Shown here: one piece after another, positions 29,634-39,566 of the stretch | Layout of the letters: each line of letters opens with the position of its first letter | How positions within the stretch are numbered: the first letter of the stretch is position 1 | Assembly (NCBI GenBank): GCA_001914235.1 | Contig: MQUF01000006.1 | Span: forward strand, 203,234 to 267,233 | Reading direction: 5' to 3' | Length of the DNA stretch: 64,000 bases | Origin: Desulfobulbaceae bacterium DB1 | GTDB taxonomy: Bacteria; Desulfobacterota; Desulfobulbia; Desulfobulbales; SURF-16 | Program-made: the position numbers and the translations under genes | Notes under the pieces: model-generated | What the model was told of the DNA's origin: nothing | Databases searched by the model: none | The model's input: only the letters and a program-made list of their open reading frames with translations

Positions 29634-29840
29634 ATCGGTCTCATTGGTCTTGTTGGTCATTGTGGTCTGACTGGTCTGACTGGTCTGACTGGTCATACTG
29701 GTCATACTGGTCATACTGGTCATACTGGTCATACTGGTCTTACTGGTCTTACTGGTCTAATTGGTCTTATTGGTCTGAGTGGTCTGAGTGGTCTGAGTGG
29801 TCTGATTGGTCAGACTGATGAGACAAGTCAGACCAATCTC
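29625..29840. repeat. Tandem array of ~21-24 nonamers (NNTGGTCNN) ending in an 11/12-bp inverted repeat
   Basis: Units were read directly: ACTGGTCAT x5 (29688-29732), ACTGGTCTG x2, ACTGGTCTT x2, AGTGGTCTG x3, ATTGGTCTT/G and others. The inverted repeat is GATTGGTCAGAC (29804-29815) / GTCAGACCAATC (29827-29838). Confidence 0.9.
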
Positions 29841-30610
29841 TCCAATGCCGCAAAACTTTCTTCAACCCCGTTTTCATGGTGCGGTTCCATGGTGAGAATG
29901 GGAGAAAGTCCTCGTTGGTTGAGATAGGTGAATAATCCGTTGAAGTCAAATATGCCTTGCCCGATGGCCAGATGCGCGTCATGATCTCCATGGTTGTCAT
30001 GGAGATGGAGTTGGCCGAGCCACGGCTCAAGTTCCGGCAACCAGTCCTGCCAGCGGTTTTCGGCAAAGGCAAGCACATGCCCGACGTCGAGGCAGAAACG
30101 GGCTCGCGGTGAATCAAGGGCCTGGAGCATTTTCTTGTGCTGAGCCGGATTTGTTTCATAGGTGTTTTCCAGCATGAGCGGCGTGTCATGTTCCGTTGCC
30201 AGGGCGAGAAGTTCGCGCCACCCCTCAAGGGAATAGCGGAACCACTCTTTTTCCTTGTACCCGTGCTTGTTTTTTTCAAAGCCGAGATGGCAGACAATGG
30301 ATCGGGGTTGAAATACCGGGATCAGGTCAAATGTCCTGCGGATCTTGTCGCGGCTGACTTTGCGGATATACGGGTCGAGAGCACCGACGGACAGTTCAAA
30401 AAAAGGCGCGTGCAGGGTGCATCCAAGGTTGTGGGCGGCAAGCTGCCGTGCAACCTGGATAAAATCTTCCTTGTTCCCGTTGTATAAAACGTCGCCTTCA
30501 AGTCCGATTTCCGGTTGCAATCCCTCGGAAAGAAACCGATCAAGGTTTGCCTTGAGATAGGCGAAGGGGGCATTGACAAAGCAACGCGATTTGAGATGCG
30601 GCAGCGACAT
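29828..30610 (-). CDS. Xylose-isomerase-like TIM-barrel protein (sugar phosphate isomerase/epimerase / AP-endonuclease-2 superfamily)
   Basis: Motifs LHAPF, IVCHLG, LMLENT and LDVGH...LHLHDN.G..DAHL. Confidence 0.7.
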   Translation of the reverse strand: MSLPHLKSRCFVNAPFAYLKANLDRFLSEGLQPEIGLEGDVLYNGNKEDFIQVARQLAAHNLGCTLHAPFFELSVGALDPYIRKVSRDKIRRTFDLIPVFQPRSIVCHLGFEKNKHGYKEKEWFRYSLEGWRELLALATEHDTPLMLENTYETNPAQHKKMLQALDSPRARFCLDVGHVLAFAENRWQDWLPELEPWLGQLHLHDNHGDHDAHLAIGQGIFDFNGLFTYLNQRGLSPILTMEPHHENGVEESFAALERLV

Positions 30611-30618
30611 GATTCGGT

Positions 30619-30792
30619 TTAATCCTCTTCAAGGGGTTTTGCCTCATCGATCAGCATGATGGGGATGTCGTCCTTTATTTCATAGACAAGCCTGCAGGTG
30701 CGACAGATCAAACCGTTTTCCGTTTTGTTGAGTTCAACCGGGCCCTTGCATTTCGGGCAGGCCAGGATATCGAGCAGTTCTTTTTTGATCAT
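30619..30792 (-). CDS. Trm112/UPF0434 family protein (57 aa, below the ORF-track cutoff)
   Basis: Hand translation: MIKKELLDILACPKCKGPVELNKTENGLICRTCRLVYEIKDDIPIMLIDEAKPLEED. Confidence 0.8.
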   Translation of the reverse strand: MIKKELLDILACPKCKGPVELNKTENGLICRTCRLVYEIKDDIPIMLIDEAKPLEED

Positions 30793-30839
30793 TGGTTACC
30801 CCTTAAAAAAAATGTGGATGCGTGAGGCCCCTTGCCGAA

Positions 30840-31718
30840 TCATTTTTCCTGATCTGAAAAAAATGTTGCAAGACTGCTGGACAGATCCGGCAGCTGAACT
30901 CCGAAGACACTGTGCACTTTCCGGCAATCCAGAACTGAGTATTTCGGCCGGGGTGCGGCTGTCGGGAACTCTTCACTGGTGATCGGTATAATTTCTCTTA
31001 CTTTAACGGGATGAATTTTTCTTGCAAGATCTAAGATGAGGGTGGCGAATTCATGCCAGGTCACCGCGGTTGCCCCGCAACAGTGATAGGTTCCCCAGCA
31101 GTTCGTTTGTCCTGCGCGGATTTTTTTTGCCATGTTCAGCAGGGCCAGAGCGAGATCGCCGGCAAAGGTGGGACACCCCAGTTGATCATCGACCACTCTT
31201 AGTTCATCTTTTTCCTGCCCCAGGCGCAATATGGTTTTGACAAAGTTGCGGCCATGGATGCCGTAAACCCAGGAGGTGCGGATAATGAGATGGCTCGCCA
31301 GCCGTGCCCGCACCTCCTCTTCCCCGGCTGCCTTGCTCCTGCCGTATATGCCGAGGGGAGCAGTGGGTGATGTTTCCGCATAGGGCCTGCTTGCCCGGCC
31401 GTTAAAAACATAATCAGTGGAGAGATGAATAAGCGGTATGTGCTCCAAGGCGCAGGAGGCAGCGAGCCATGCCGGCCCATCCCTGTTTACCGACCAGGCC
31501 ATTTCCTCTTCCTCTTCCGCCTTGTCAACCGCCGTATAGGCGCCGCAATTGATCACCAGATCAGGAGAATTTCCCCCAATCTCCCGGAAAACGGCCTGCC
31601 TGTCGGTAATGTCAAGAGCGTTCCGGTCAAAGCCGATGATCCGGCAACCATGGAGGGGGCCTTTCCGCAGCAGTTCCCAGCCGACTTGGCCGTTTATGCC
31701 GGTTACAAGAATTTTCAT
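30840..31718 (-). CDS. rfbD: dTDP-4-dehydrorhamnose reductase
   Basis: MKILVTGINGQVGWEL starts at ATG 31718 (the track start 31898 overlaps rfbC). Motifs LSTDYVFNG and YGRSK. Confidence 0.9.
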   Translation of the reverse strand: MKILVTGINGQVGWELLRKGPLHGCRIIGFDRNALDITDRQAVFREIGGNSPDLVINCGAYTAVDKAEEEEEMAWSVNRDGPAWLAASCALEHIPLIHLSTDYVFNGRASRPYAETSPTAPLGIYGRSKAAGEEEVRARLASHLIIRTSWVYGIHGRNFVKTILRLGQEKDELRVVDDQLGCPTFAGDLALALLNMAKKIRAGQTNCWGTYHCCGATAVTWHEFATLILDLARKIHPVKVREIIPITSEEFPTAAPRPKYSVLDCRKVHSVFGVQLPDLSSSLATFFSDQEK

Positions 31719-31722
31719 GGGT

Positions 31723-32280
31723 TCATCCGGGATAGCGGGGCAGATTTCCGGGGAAAATATCCTGCAGAACGGGGAATTGCTGATCCTTGGACGAGAGCAG
31801 GAAATTGTCGCCCGGCCAGCTGATGGCAAGTTGGGGATCGGAAAAGATGATGCCTCCCTCACAGTCGGGAAAATAAAAATCACTGCATTTATAGACAAAA
31901 GAGGCGGTATCGCTCAACACGACAAAGCCATGGGCAAACCCAGGCGGGATGAAGATCTGTCTTTTGTTTGCGGCAGAGAGTTCGACCCCTATCCATTTGC
32001 CGAAGGTTGGCGAGCCGATCCTGATATCAACCGCCACGTCAAACACCGCTCCCTGGGCAACATGGACGAGTTTTGCCTGGCCATGGGGGTGCTGGTAGTG
32101 CAGACCGCGCAGGCTGTTTTTTCTGGAAAAGGAGAAATTGTCCTGCACGAATGCAACCGTGATGCCTGCTTTCTCATATTTCTCCTTGTGATAGGTTTCC
32201 ATGAAAAAACCGCGGTTATCCTCAAACACACGGGGTTCAAGTATTACCACGCCGGAAAGTTCCGTTTCAATCACGTGCAT
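31723..32280 (-). CDS. rfbC: dTDP-4-dehydrorhamnose 3,5-epimerase
   Basis: Motifs [18 protein letters not shown] and GFAHGF. Confidence 0.95.
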   Translation of the reverse strand: MHVIETELSGVVILEPRVFEDNRGFFMETYHKEKYEKAGITVAFVQDNFSFSRKNSLRGLHYQHPHGQAKLVHVAQGAVFDVAVDIRIGSPTFGKWIGVELSAANKRQIFIPPGFAHGFVVLSDTASFVYKCSDFYFPDCEGGIIFSDPQLAISWPGDNFLLSSKDQQFPVLQDIFPGNLPRYPG

Positions 32281-33154
32281 AAAGGATTTCCTCTTGAATG
32301 AGTTTCATCAGGTACTGGCCATAATTATTTTTCATCAAGGGGAGCGCCAGTTTTTCAAGTTGCGTATTGTCAATATATTTCATGAGATAGGCGATTTCTT
32401 CGATACAGGCTATCTTGAGCCCCTGTCTTTTTTCAATAACCTCAATAAATCTTGAAGACTGAAGCAGGGAATCATGGGTGCCGGTATCAAGCCAGGCGAT
32501 GCCGCGGCCTAATTTTTCAACATGAAGCACCCCCATTTCCAGATAGGCGCGGTTGATGTCGGTAATTTCCAGTTCGCCCCGTTGTGATGGTTTGATTTGC
32601 GCCGCGATATCCGCTACCCGATTGTCATAGAAGTAAAGTCCGGTGACTGCGTAATTTGATTTCGGCACAACAGGTTTCTCCTCAATATCAATAACCCGCC
32701 CTTCCTTGCCGAAGGTGATAACCCCATAGCGCTGCGGATCACTCACCTGATAGCCGAAGATCGTTGCCCCTTGGGTCCGGGCCGACGCCCTGTGAAGTTT
32801 CTCAGGCAATCCATGCCCGTAAAAGAGATTGTCGCCGAGGATCATGCAGACGTTCTCGTTGTCGATAAAGTCCCGCCCCAGGATGAATGCCTGGGCCAGG
32901 CCCTCTGGTTTCGGCTGCTCAACATAAGAAAAGGTGAGACCCCACTGTGAACCGTCGCCGAGAAGTTCCTGAAAGCGGGGAAGATCCATGGGTGTTGAAA
33001 TAATGAGAATATCCCTGATTCCGGCCAGCATGAGAACGGAAAGGGGGTAATAGATCATCGGTTTGTCATAGACAGGCAGGAGCTGTTTGCTGACTACCTG
33101 GGTGATGGGATACAGGCGGGTGCCTGACCCGCCGGCAAGAATAATTCCTTTCAT
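32267..33154 (-). CDS. rfbA: Glucose-1-phosphate thymidylyltransferase
   Basis: [18 protein letters not shown] starts at ATG 33154. Motifs [11 protein letters not shown] and LGDNLFYG. Confidence 0.95.
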   Translation of the reverse strand: MKGIILAGGSGTRLYPITQVVSKQLLPVYDKPMIYYPLSVLMLAGIRDILIISTPMDLPRFQELLGDGSQWGLTFSYVEQPKPEGLAQAFILGRDFIDNENVCMILGDNLFYGHGLPEKLHRASARTQGATIFGYQVSDPQRYGVITFGKEGRVIDIEEKPVVPKSNYAVTGLYFYDNRVADIAAQIKPSQRGELEITDINRAYLEMGVLHVEKLGRGIAWLDTGTHDSLLQSSRFIEVIEKRQGLKIACIEEIAYLMKYIDNTQLEKLALPLMKNNYGQYLMKLIQEEILYARD

Positions 33155-33155
33155 T

Positions 33156-34238
33156 TTACCTCTTTTCGTAGTTGAGTTCCAGCCATTGGCGATATGCCCC
33201 GGAGCGGACGGAGTCGACCCATGCCATATTGGCCAGATACCAGTCAACGGTTTCGTTCACGGCCTCTTCAAAGGTGGATATCGGCATCCAGCCCAGTTCT
33301 TTGCTTATTTTTGTTGCGTCAATGGCATAGCGGAAGTCATGGCCCGGGCGGTCTTTGACAAAGGTGATAAGCGACTCTGAGACGCCCGCGGATCTTCCCA
33401 GCTTGTCGTCCATGATTCTACACAGCAGGCGGACGATGTCAAGATTTGAGCGTTCAGCCCCGCCGCCGATATTGTAAGATTGTCCCGCTGTTCCGTCCTC
33501 AAAGACACGGAGCAGGGCTGCGCAGTGGTCAAGTACATAAAGCCAGTCCCGGACATTGCTGCCGTCACCGTATACCGGCAACGGTTTTCCCGTCAGAATA
33601 TTGCATAGTATGAGCGGAATAAGTTTTTCAGGAAACTGAAAGGGACCGAAATTATTGGAGCAGTTGGTGATGACAAAAGGCAGGCCATATGTTTTCCCGT
33701 AAGCCCGGACAAAATGATCCGAAGCGGCCTTGGATGCGGAATACGGGCTGGAGGGGTCATAGGGGCTCTTTTCGGTGAAAGCGCCAACCGGACCCAGGCT
33801 GCCGTATACCTCATCGGTGGAAACATGATGGAAACGAAAATCCGCAGGTCTGCCACGTCTGTCCCAGGAATTAAGGCTTGCCTGCAACAGGGCGCAGGTG
33901 CCTCCGACGTTGGTGTCAACAAAGACTTTCGGCCCCTGAATTGAACGGTCAACGTGTGATTCCGCCGCAAAATGAATAACACCCTTTAATGGATATTTGT
34001 TGAAGAGTCCGGCAAGCAGATCTGCATCACGGATATCGCCGTGGATAAAGGTATGGCGATTGCGGTGTTCCACCGGCAGGCCGGCGAGACTGGTCAGGTT
34101 TCCGGCATAGGTCAGGGCATCGAGATTAATTACCCGCAGATCAGGCCGATTTTTGAGAATGAAGTGGATGAAGTTGGCGCCGATGAAACCGGCGCCGCCC
34201 GTCACCAGGATATTTTCTGTAGTAATCTGATTATTCAT
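33156..34238 (-). CDS. rfbB: dTDP-glucose 4,6-dehydratase
   Basis: Motifs [25 protein letters not shown] and [12 protein letters not shown]. Confidence 0.95.
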   Translation of the reverse strand: MNNQITTENILVTGGAGFIGANFIHFILKNRPDLRVINLDALTYAGNLTSLAGLPVEHRNRHTFIHGDIRDADLLAGLFNKYPLKGVIHFAAESHVDRSIQGPKVFVDTNVGGTCALLQASLNSWDRRGRPADFRFHHVSTDEVYGSLGPVGAFTEKSPYDPSSPYSASKAASDHFVRAYGKTYGLPFVITNCSNNFGPFQFPEKLIPLILCNILTGKPLPVYGDGSNVRDWLYVLDHCAALLRVFEDGTAGQSYNIGGGAERSNLDIVRLLCRIMDDKLGRSAGVSESLITFVKDRPGHDFRYAIDATKISKELGWMPISTFEEAVNETVDWYLANMAWVDSVRSGAYRQWLELNYEKR

Positions 34239-34645
34239 CTTTTTTCATAAATTAGAGGGTATTGGCAAGGATGAGTTAAAATAAAATCCCAAGTATACAA
34301 TATTCTTTTTTCATACTTGACGGGTATAGGGTATTTTGATAGCATAAATAGTTTTTCGTTAGCTGATCGCCAGCCGGCGCCGGAAAGAAAGAATTTACAT
34401 AGTATACCGTATTCAAGATGACCGAAAAAACCGTATTTGCAATGAGCAGGAATAACAATTTCAGGGGATTGGGGGGCATATGCCCGTTTCACCGCGGAAA
34501 ATTCAACAACGGGAGATTGGTATTTTATTTTTTCGTATGAGGTCATTCTTATTTCCATCATCAAGTACCTGAACTCTTCCATTTTTTCAACCCCTATGAT
34601 TTCCTTTTTTTGCAACGCTGTATCGATCTTTTTTACGGAAAACAA
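34235..34645 (-). CDS. Hypothetical ORF in an AT-rich divergent region (doubtful)
   Basis: TTG start, 4-nt overlap with the rfbB start, and no recognisable motif. The region may instead be a divergent promoter region. Confidence 0.3.
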   Translation of the reverse strand: MFSVKKIDTALQKKEIIGVEKMEEFRYLMMEIRMTSYEKIKYQSPVVEFSAVKRAYAPQSPEIVIPAHCKYGFFGHLEYGILCKFFLSGAGWRSANEKLFMLSKYPIPVKYEKRILYTWDFILTHPCQYPLIYEKR

Positions 34646-34668
34646 ACAACAAATTACTCTCAGTGAAT

Positions 34669-35808
34669 ATGAAACTGGCCTTCCTTATCAATAATTATTA
34701 TCCATATGGCGGGTTGGAAAAAAATTTTTTGCGTATCGCCCGGGCCTGCCTTGATAGAGGGCATACCGTCACCGTCTTCACCATGTCCTGGCAGGGAGAA
34801 AAACCGGAAGGCCTTGCAGTAGTTCTCGTGAAAGTTCGTGGCCTGACAAATCACGGTCGCTCTCAAGCTTTTGCGTGGCAACTCAGCAAACATCATTATA
34901 CCGCCGGCTTTGACCTGATAGTGGGTTTTAACCGCTTGCCCGGACTGGATCTCTATTACGCGGCGGATGTCTGCTACGTGCTTGATATTGTCCGGCGGCG
35001 CGGCTTTTGGGCGCGACTCACGGCTAGGTATCGCACCTATGCCGGCTTTGAGAAGGCGGTTTTTGCTAAGAAATCAGCAGCCTGCATCATGTATCTCTCT
35101 GAAGCGGAAAAGAACAATTATATAAGTGTCTACAACACCCCGAAAGAGCGCTTTCACTATCTGCCACCCGGCATTGACCGGGAGCGGATTCGGGCCGAGC
35201 TGCGTCCCGAAATCCGCAGGCAGACCAGAGAAGAGTGCGGGGTGGGGGACGGGCAGTTCATGCTGGTTATGATCGGTTCGGATTTTGTCCGTAAGGGGGT
35301 GGCCCGGGCCATTGTTGCCCTGGCTGCCCTGCCGCGGGAAGTGCGGGCGCAAACCCGCCTCTTTGTCATCGGCAAGGGGGACGCCAAGAAAATGGAACGT
35401 CTGGCAGCCCGGGCCGGCGTCAGGGACCGGGTGCATTTTCTTGGGGCGCGGCCCGACGTCCCCCGTTTTTTGGCCGGGGCTGATCTGTTGATGCACCCGG
35501 CGGTGACGGAAAATACCGGAAATGCCATTCTAGAAGCCATGGTGGCCGGGCTGCCGGTTCTGGCTACGGAAATCTGCGGCTACTCCTTTCATGTCACCAG
35601 GGCGAATGCCGGCTGTCTGGTTCCGGAACCATTCACGCAGCAGGAGATGAACAGGGTTCTTGGCGCTATGCTCAGCCCTGCTGAGTTGAAAATTTGGGGA
35701 GAAAACGCTTATGCCTACGCGGACCGGGAGGATCTGTACAGCCGACCCCAGGCGGCGGTGAGAATCATCGAAGAGACGGCGGCACGTAGAAAAGGTGGGG
35801 TGCGTTGA
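34669..35808 (+). CDS. waaG: LPS core alpha-1,3-glucosyltransferase WaaG-like (GT4)
   Basis: Collinear with the recalled E. coli WaaG: KLAFLINNYYPYGGLEKNFLRIA..GH.V.V.T.SW.G, TNHGR, VGFNRLPGLDLYYAADVCY, GSDFVRKGV and LPVLATEICGY. Confidence 0.85.
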   Translation: MKLAFLINNYYPYGGLEKNFLRIARACLDRGHTVTVFTMSWQGEKPEGLAVVLVKVRGLTNHGRSQAFAWQLSKHHYTAGFDLIVGFNRLPGLDLYYAADVCYVLDIVRRRGFWARLTARYRTYAGFEKAVFAKKSAACIMYLSEAEKNNYISVYNTPKERFHYLPPGIDRERIRAELRPEIRRQTREECGVGDGQFMLVMIGSDFVRKGVARAIVALAALPREVRAQTRLFVIGKGDAKKMERLAARAGVRDRVHFLGARPDVPRFLAGADLLMHPAVTENTGNAILEAMVAGLPVLATEICGYSFHVTRANAGCLVPEPFTQQEMNRVLGAMLSPAELKIWGENAYAYADREDLYSRPQAAVRIIEETAARRKGGVR

Positions 35809-36698
35809 TGCAAGATCTGGCCGCCCCTGTTGACATTGTCGAATACCTGGGCCATGATCCCGGCTCGTCCTGGCGGCTTGTCATCAACGTCCTGTATCAG
35901 CAGCAGCTGCAAAGCGCCGGTTTGCGCACCTTTGAAGACTTTTATGATCTGCACCTTGGCACGCTCATTAAAAAAATTAAGGAGCGCTCAGTCTACCGCT
36001 GTGAAATCGCAGGCACGGTCTTTTTTTTGAAAAGGCATGACCGGGAACAACAACAGAAAAAAGGACTCCGGCCATCCTCCTCCCTTGTCTGGCAATCGGA
36101 GGGCGGCAAGGAGTTTGTCTATTTTTATGATTTCCGCAGGCATGGCCTGGCCACGGCAGTGCCTGTGGCCATGGGGGAGAGGGTGTATGAGAACGGCACC
36201 GTGGACTCTTTTTTTCTGACCGAGGATTTTTCTCCCTATGTGCAGCTGGAAGAGCTGATCCGCAATCAGCCGGACCGGCTGGCCGGCCTGCAGCACACAC
36301 TGTTGCGAAAGAATATTCTGCGGGGTGTGGCAGGGTACGCCGGAAAAATGCATGCCAGCGGCTACAACCATCTTGATTTCAACGCCACCCATGTCCTGCT
36401 GGCTAATATTGACAGCGGCGCGCCGGACATAGCTCTTTTTGATCTGCAGAGAATCGACAGAAACACCCTGGGCCGCTTCCGCTGGCCGGTCAAGGCCCTG
36501 GCCGAGTTCAATTACAGCAGCAGGGAAAATGCCATCTTCTCCGACAGCGAGCGTTTTTTGCTTTTTCAGGTTTATCTTGCCAAAGAGGGGCAGTCTCTTA
36601 ACCTGCTTGAGCGGCTGACCTGGCGCTGGATTCGCTCCAAAACGGAGCGCATAGCACGCCATGCGGACAGACGCAGGGCAAGAAAAAAAGTTGGGTGA
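35808..36698 (+). CDS. Lipopolysaccharide kinase (Kdo/WaaP/InaA family)
   Basis: Motifs FFLKRH, FFLTEDF, MHASGYNHLDFNATHVLL and LFDLQR. The ATG overlaps the waaG stop by 1 nt. Confidence 0.7.
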   Translation: MQDLAAPVDIVEYLGHDPGSSWRLVINVLYQQQLQSAGLRTFEDFYDLHLGTLIKKIKERSVYRCEIAGTVFFLKRHDREQQQKKGLRPSSSLVWQSEGGKEFVYFYDFRRHGLATAVPVAMGERVYENGTVDSFFLTEDFSPYVQLEELIRNQPDRLAGLQHTLLRKNILRGVAGYAGKMHASGYNHLDFNATHVLLANIDSGAPDIALFDLQRIDRNTLGRFRWPVKALAEFNYSSRENAIFSDSERFLLFQVYLAKEGQSLNLLERLTWRWIRSKTERIARHADRRRARKKVG

Positions 36699-36808
36699 CA
36701 GCGCTCTTCTTTGCTCATCCCGGTAAACTCCTTCTTGCAATTAAAAGGCATCTCATTTACTATCCCGTGTTTGTTTCTCTTACTTTCTGGGTTTTCTGAT
36801 ATTTTATT

Positions 36809-38560
36809 ATGAATAAATCATCTCTTACACAGCTGTTTCAAAGAAAGGTCTGGCGTTTTGTCAGCCCTTATGCCGGATCGGTGCTGCTGGCGGTTGTCTT
36901 CAGTCTGATCTCATCAGGCGCCAGCGGCGGCATCGCCTGGATGGTAAAACCGGTTATTGACTCGATCTTTGTTGAGAAAAAATATGCCGTGCTTACCTGG
37001 CTCCCCCTGGCCATCATCTTTCTTTATTCCCTCAGGGGCGGGAGTCAGATGGTCTATTCACTCATGATGCGTTCTGCCTCGCTGAAGATGGTTAGGGATT
37101 TAAGGATTAGAACATACAGCCACCTGCTCAGGTTGCCACTCTCTGTTTTCGGTTCCGAGACTTCGGGTAGAATCATTTCCAGAGTGATTTATGATATCAG
37201 CATGTTACAGTCTTTGGTTTCGGACACCCTCCTTACCTTTTTCAAGGAAGGACCGACCGTTATTGTCATGCTCGTAGTTGCTTTTTACCGGAAATGGGAT
37301 GTTGCCCTGTTGGCACTCGTTGTTTTGCCGGGAATGATCCGCTTGACGCACCGTTTCGGCACTAAGGTGAAGAGGCAGAAGGGCAAAGCCCAGCAGACTC
37401 TCTCCACCATCACTCATCAAGTCGGTGAAAGTGTAACCGGGTTGCGGGTGGTGAAAATTTTTATCAATGAAGAAAGTTTTGTCAGCCGTTTCATGAATGA
37501 GTGTTTGAAACATTACGGACAGGAATATAAAATCATCCGTCTCAAGGAAATGATCAAATTCCTCAGTGACGTGGCCAGCGGCGTAGGTGTAGGTTTGGTG
37601 GTATGGTATGGTGGTCTGCTTGTTGTGAAAGGGGTGATCACAAGTGGAGATCTTTTTTCTTCTCTGGGTGCGATCATCATGGTGCTTTCCCCCATGAAAA
37701 AAATCGGGGATTCTTATACCATTCTTCAGGAGACAGTGGCGGCTATTGATCGTTTGGAGTGGTTGGAACAGCTTCCAGAGGAAAAGAGTGGAACGGTTCG
37801 TGTCGACTCCTTTCAAAAGGAGATATGTTTCGAGAATGTCTCCCATCGTCATAATGGCAATGATGAATACGCCTTGCAGAATATCGATCTCAAGATACAC
37901 AAGGGTGAAATATTGGCCATTGTCGGGGCAAGCGGCGCCGGGAAAAGTACATTGATTGATTTAATTCCTCGGTATTTTGACCCATCTGAAGGCACAGTGT
38001 TTTTTGATGGTCATGATATACGGACGATTGATCTTGCCGATTTACGCGGGCTTATCGGGTTGGTGAGTCAAGATGTTATTCTCTTTAACGGATCAATCCG
38101 GGAAAATATGGCGTTCGGAAAACCTGATGTTACCGATGCTGATATTGAAAAGGCCTCGAAGCTCGCCAATATTTATGATGTCATCATGGAGCTTCCTGAT
38201 GGTTTCGAAACCGTACTTGGTGAAAGAGGTTTAAATCTTTCCGGTGGCCAGCGGCAACGCATCGCTATAGCCCGGGCAATATGCAAGAATTCACCGATTC
38301 TCATTCTCGATGAGGCAACATCGGCGCTGGACAGGGTTAATGAACAGTTGGTTCAAAATTCGCTGGAAAAATTAATGAAAGGCAGAACGACGATTGTTGT
38401 TGCCCATCGTCTTTCCACCATTCGCAATGCTGACAGAATCCTGGTGATGGATCATGGAAAAATAGTTGCTTCCGGCAGCCATAATCACCTGATGGAGAAT
38501 TCTCCCGCCTACAAACAACTCTACCACACGATGAATGTTCAGGAGATGGAAAGCGTCTGA
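36809..38560 (+). CDS. msbA: ABC transporter permease/ATPase, MsbA-like lipid A/LPS-core flippase
   Basis: Six-TM N-terminal half, then Walker A GASGAGKST, signature LSGGQRQR and Walker B ILILDEATSALD. It sits in an LPS-core cluster. Confidence 0.8.
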   Translation: MNKSSLTQLFQRKVWRFVSPYAGSVLLAVVFSLISSGASGGIAWMVKPVIDSIFVEKKYAVLTWLPLAIIFLYSLRGGSQMVYSLMMRSASLKMVRDLRIRTYSHLLRLPLSVFGSETSGRIISRVIYDISMLQSLVSDTLLTFFKEGPTVIVMLVVAFYRKWDVALLALVVLPGMIRLTHRFGTKVKRQKGKAQQTLSTITHQVGESVTGLRVVKIFINEESFVSRFMNECLKHYGQEYKIIRLKEMIKFLSDVASGVGVGLVVWYGGLLVVKGVITSGDLFSSLGAIIMVLSPMKKIGDSYTILQETVAAIDRLEWLEQLPEEKSGTVRVDSFQKEICFENVSHRHNGNDEYALQNIDLKIHKGEILAIVGASGAGKSTLIDLIPRYFDPSEGTVFFDGHDIRTIDLADLRGLIGLVSQDVILFNGSIRENMAFGKPDVTDADIEKASKLANIYDVIMELPDGFETVLGERGLNLSGGQRQRIAIARAICKNSPILILDEATSALDRVNEQLVQNSLEKLMKGRTTIVVAHRLSTIRNADRILVMDHGKIVASGSHNHLMENSPAYKQLYHTMNVQEMESV

Positions 38561-38580
38561 ATGAAGTAGGGGGAGAATGT

Positions 38581-39480
38581 ATGTCAGGTGTAAGCGATCA
38601 CCAAGACTCAATATGTCTATCTCAGGAATCCATGTATATGTCACTTAAGAAAACATTTTATGCTTTTCGCGAGGGAATAAAAAATTCCTTTTATCGAAAT
38701 AAAAAGATAATTACGGCAAGTAATCCAAAATTTACCCTCCATTTTGATACTTATTATACAGATGATGTCCGGCAATTAATCCGCCTGTGTTCCCGGATCA
38801 GAAGAAACAGGTGGGAGAGAGATCTAATCCAACTCTGTTTTGACCGTATTAAGCCTGATGAAACTGTATTGGAAGTTGGGACATGGATAGGTAACTATTC
38901 AACTTTACTTGGAAAATATATAGTTCCACAGGGGATGGTTTTCGGTTTTGAGCCCGATTCTGTTGCATTCCGTCAGTGTTCCATCAATCTGATTCTCAAT
39001 GATGTTCATAATGTTTTTTTGGAAAGAACTGCCCTTTCGGATTCAATCGGTTTTTTGGATCTGTATACCAATAGAATTTTCGGTAATTCCGGTTCGTCAA
39101 TTTTTGCCACTAACCCGGTAGCAGATGGTGCTGAACACATGAAAATTCAGGTTCCTTGTATCACTCTTGACAGATTTGTTGAAGCATTTCAGATTTCCCC
39201 AACCACTATAAAAATTGATGTTGAAGGAGCTGAAGACTTGGTGATTCATGGAGGGAGAAAAACTCTGCAAAAAAAAGATGTAAAACTTTTTGTGGAAATT
39301 CATACTCCATATCTTCAGTCCAGAGGAAAATCCCCAAGGGATATTTTCCGCCAATTGTCCGATCTCGGCAAAACTATTTATATGGTTGAAGATTTCGACA
39401 ACGCACCTATTAAGAAAGGGAAAATTATCGATCCGGCAACGTCGATCGAAATTCCCAATTTTCATATTTTTGCTGCATAA
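38581..39480 (+). CDS. FkbM family methyltransferase
   Basis: VLEVGTWIGNYST....V...G.VFGFEP and IKIDVEGAE. The start may be ATG 38632 or 38638. Confidence 0.75.
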   Translation: MSGVSDHQDSICLSQESMYMSLKKTFYAFREGIKNSFYRNKKIITASNPKFTLHFDTYYTDDVRQLIRLCSRIRRNRWERDLIQLCFDRIKPDETVLEVGTWIGNYSTLLGKYIVPQGMVFGFEPDSVAFRQCSINLILNDVHNVFLERTALSDSIGFLDLYTNRIFGNSGSSIFATNPVADGAEHMKIQVPCITLDRFVEAFQISPTTIKIDVEGAEDLVIHGGRKTLQKKDVKLFVEIHTPYLQSRGKSPRDIFRQLSDLGKTIYMVEDFDNAPIKKGKIIDPATSIEIPNFHIFAA

Positions 39481-39566
39481 ATTTGGCGATTTTTCTGATA
39501 AAAAAACATGCAAGGGAAGTTTAAAAAAAATGATAATACTGAATCTTGGCATTTTGAAATAATGTG

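Noticed and set aside
29633-29732. The MTSMTSMTSMTSMTSQTSQTS... extension as the genuine DnaE N-terminus.
   Set aside because: It is encoded entirely by the nonamer DNA repeat, which continues upstream past an in-frame TAG. DnaE homologs start close to the FVHLHVH motif. ATG 29633 is therefore the conservative start, although use of the ladder ATGs cannot be excluded from sequence alone.
29625-29840. The nonamer units as DnaA boxes or a replication origin (9-mers next to a replication gene).
   Set aside because: The units (NNTGGTCNN) do not resemble TTATCCACA. There is no AT-rich unwinding element, and no dnaA/dnaN context.
29268-29927. The plus-strand ORF with a collagen-like GLTGLTGHTGHTG... 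repeat.
   Set aside because: It is antisense to dnaE, and its repeat is simply the nonamer array read in another frame.
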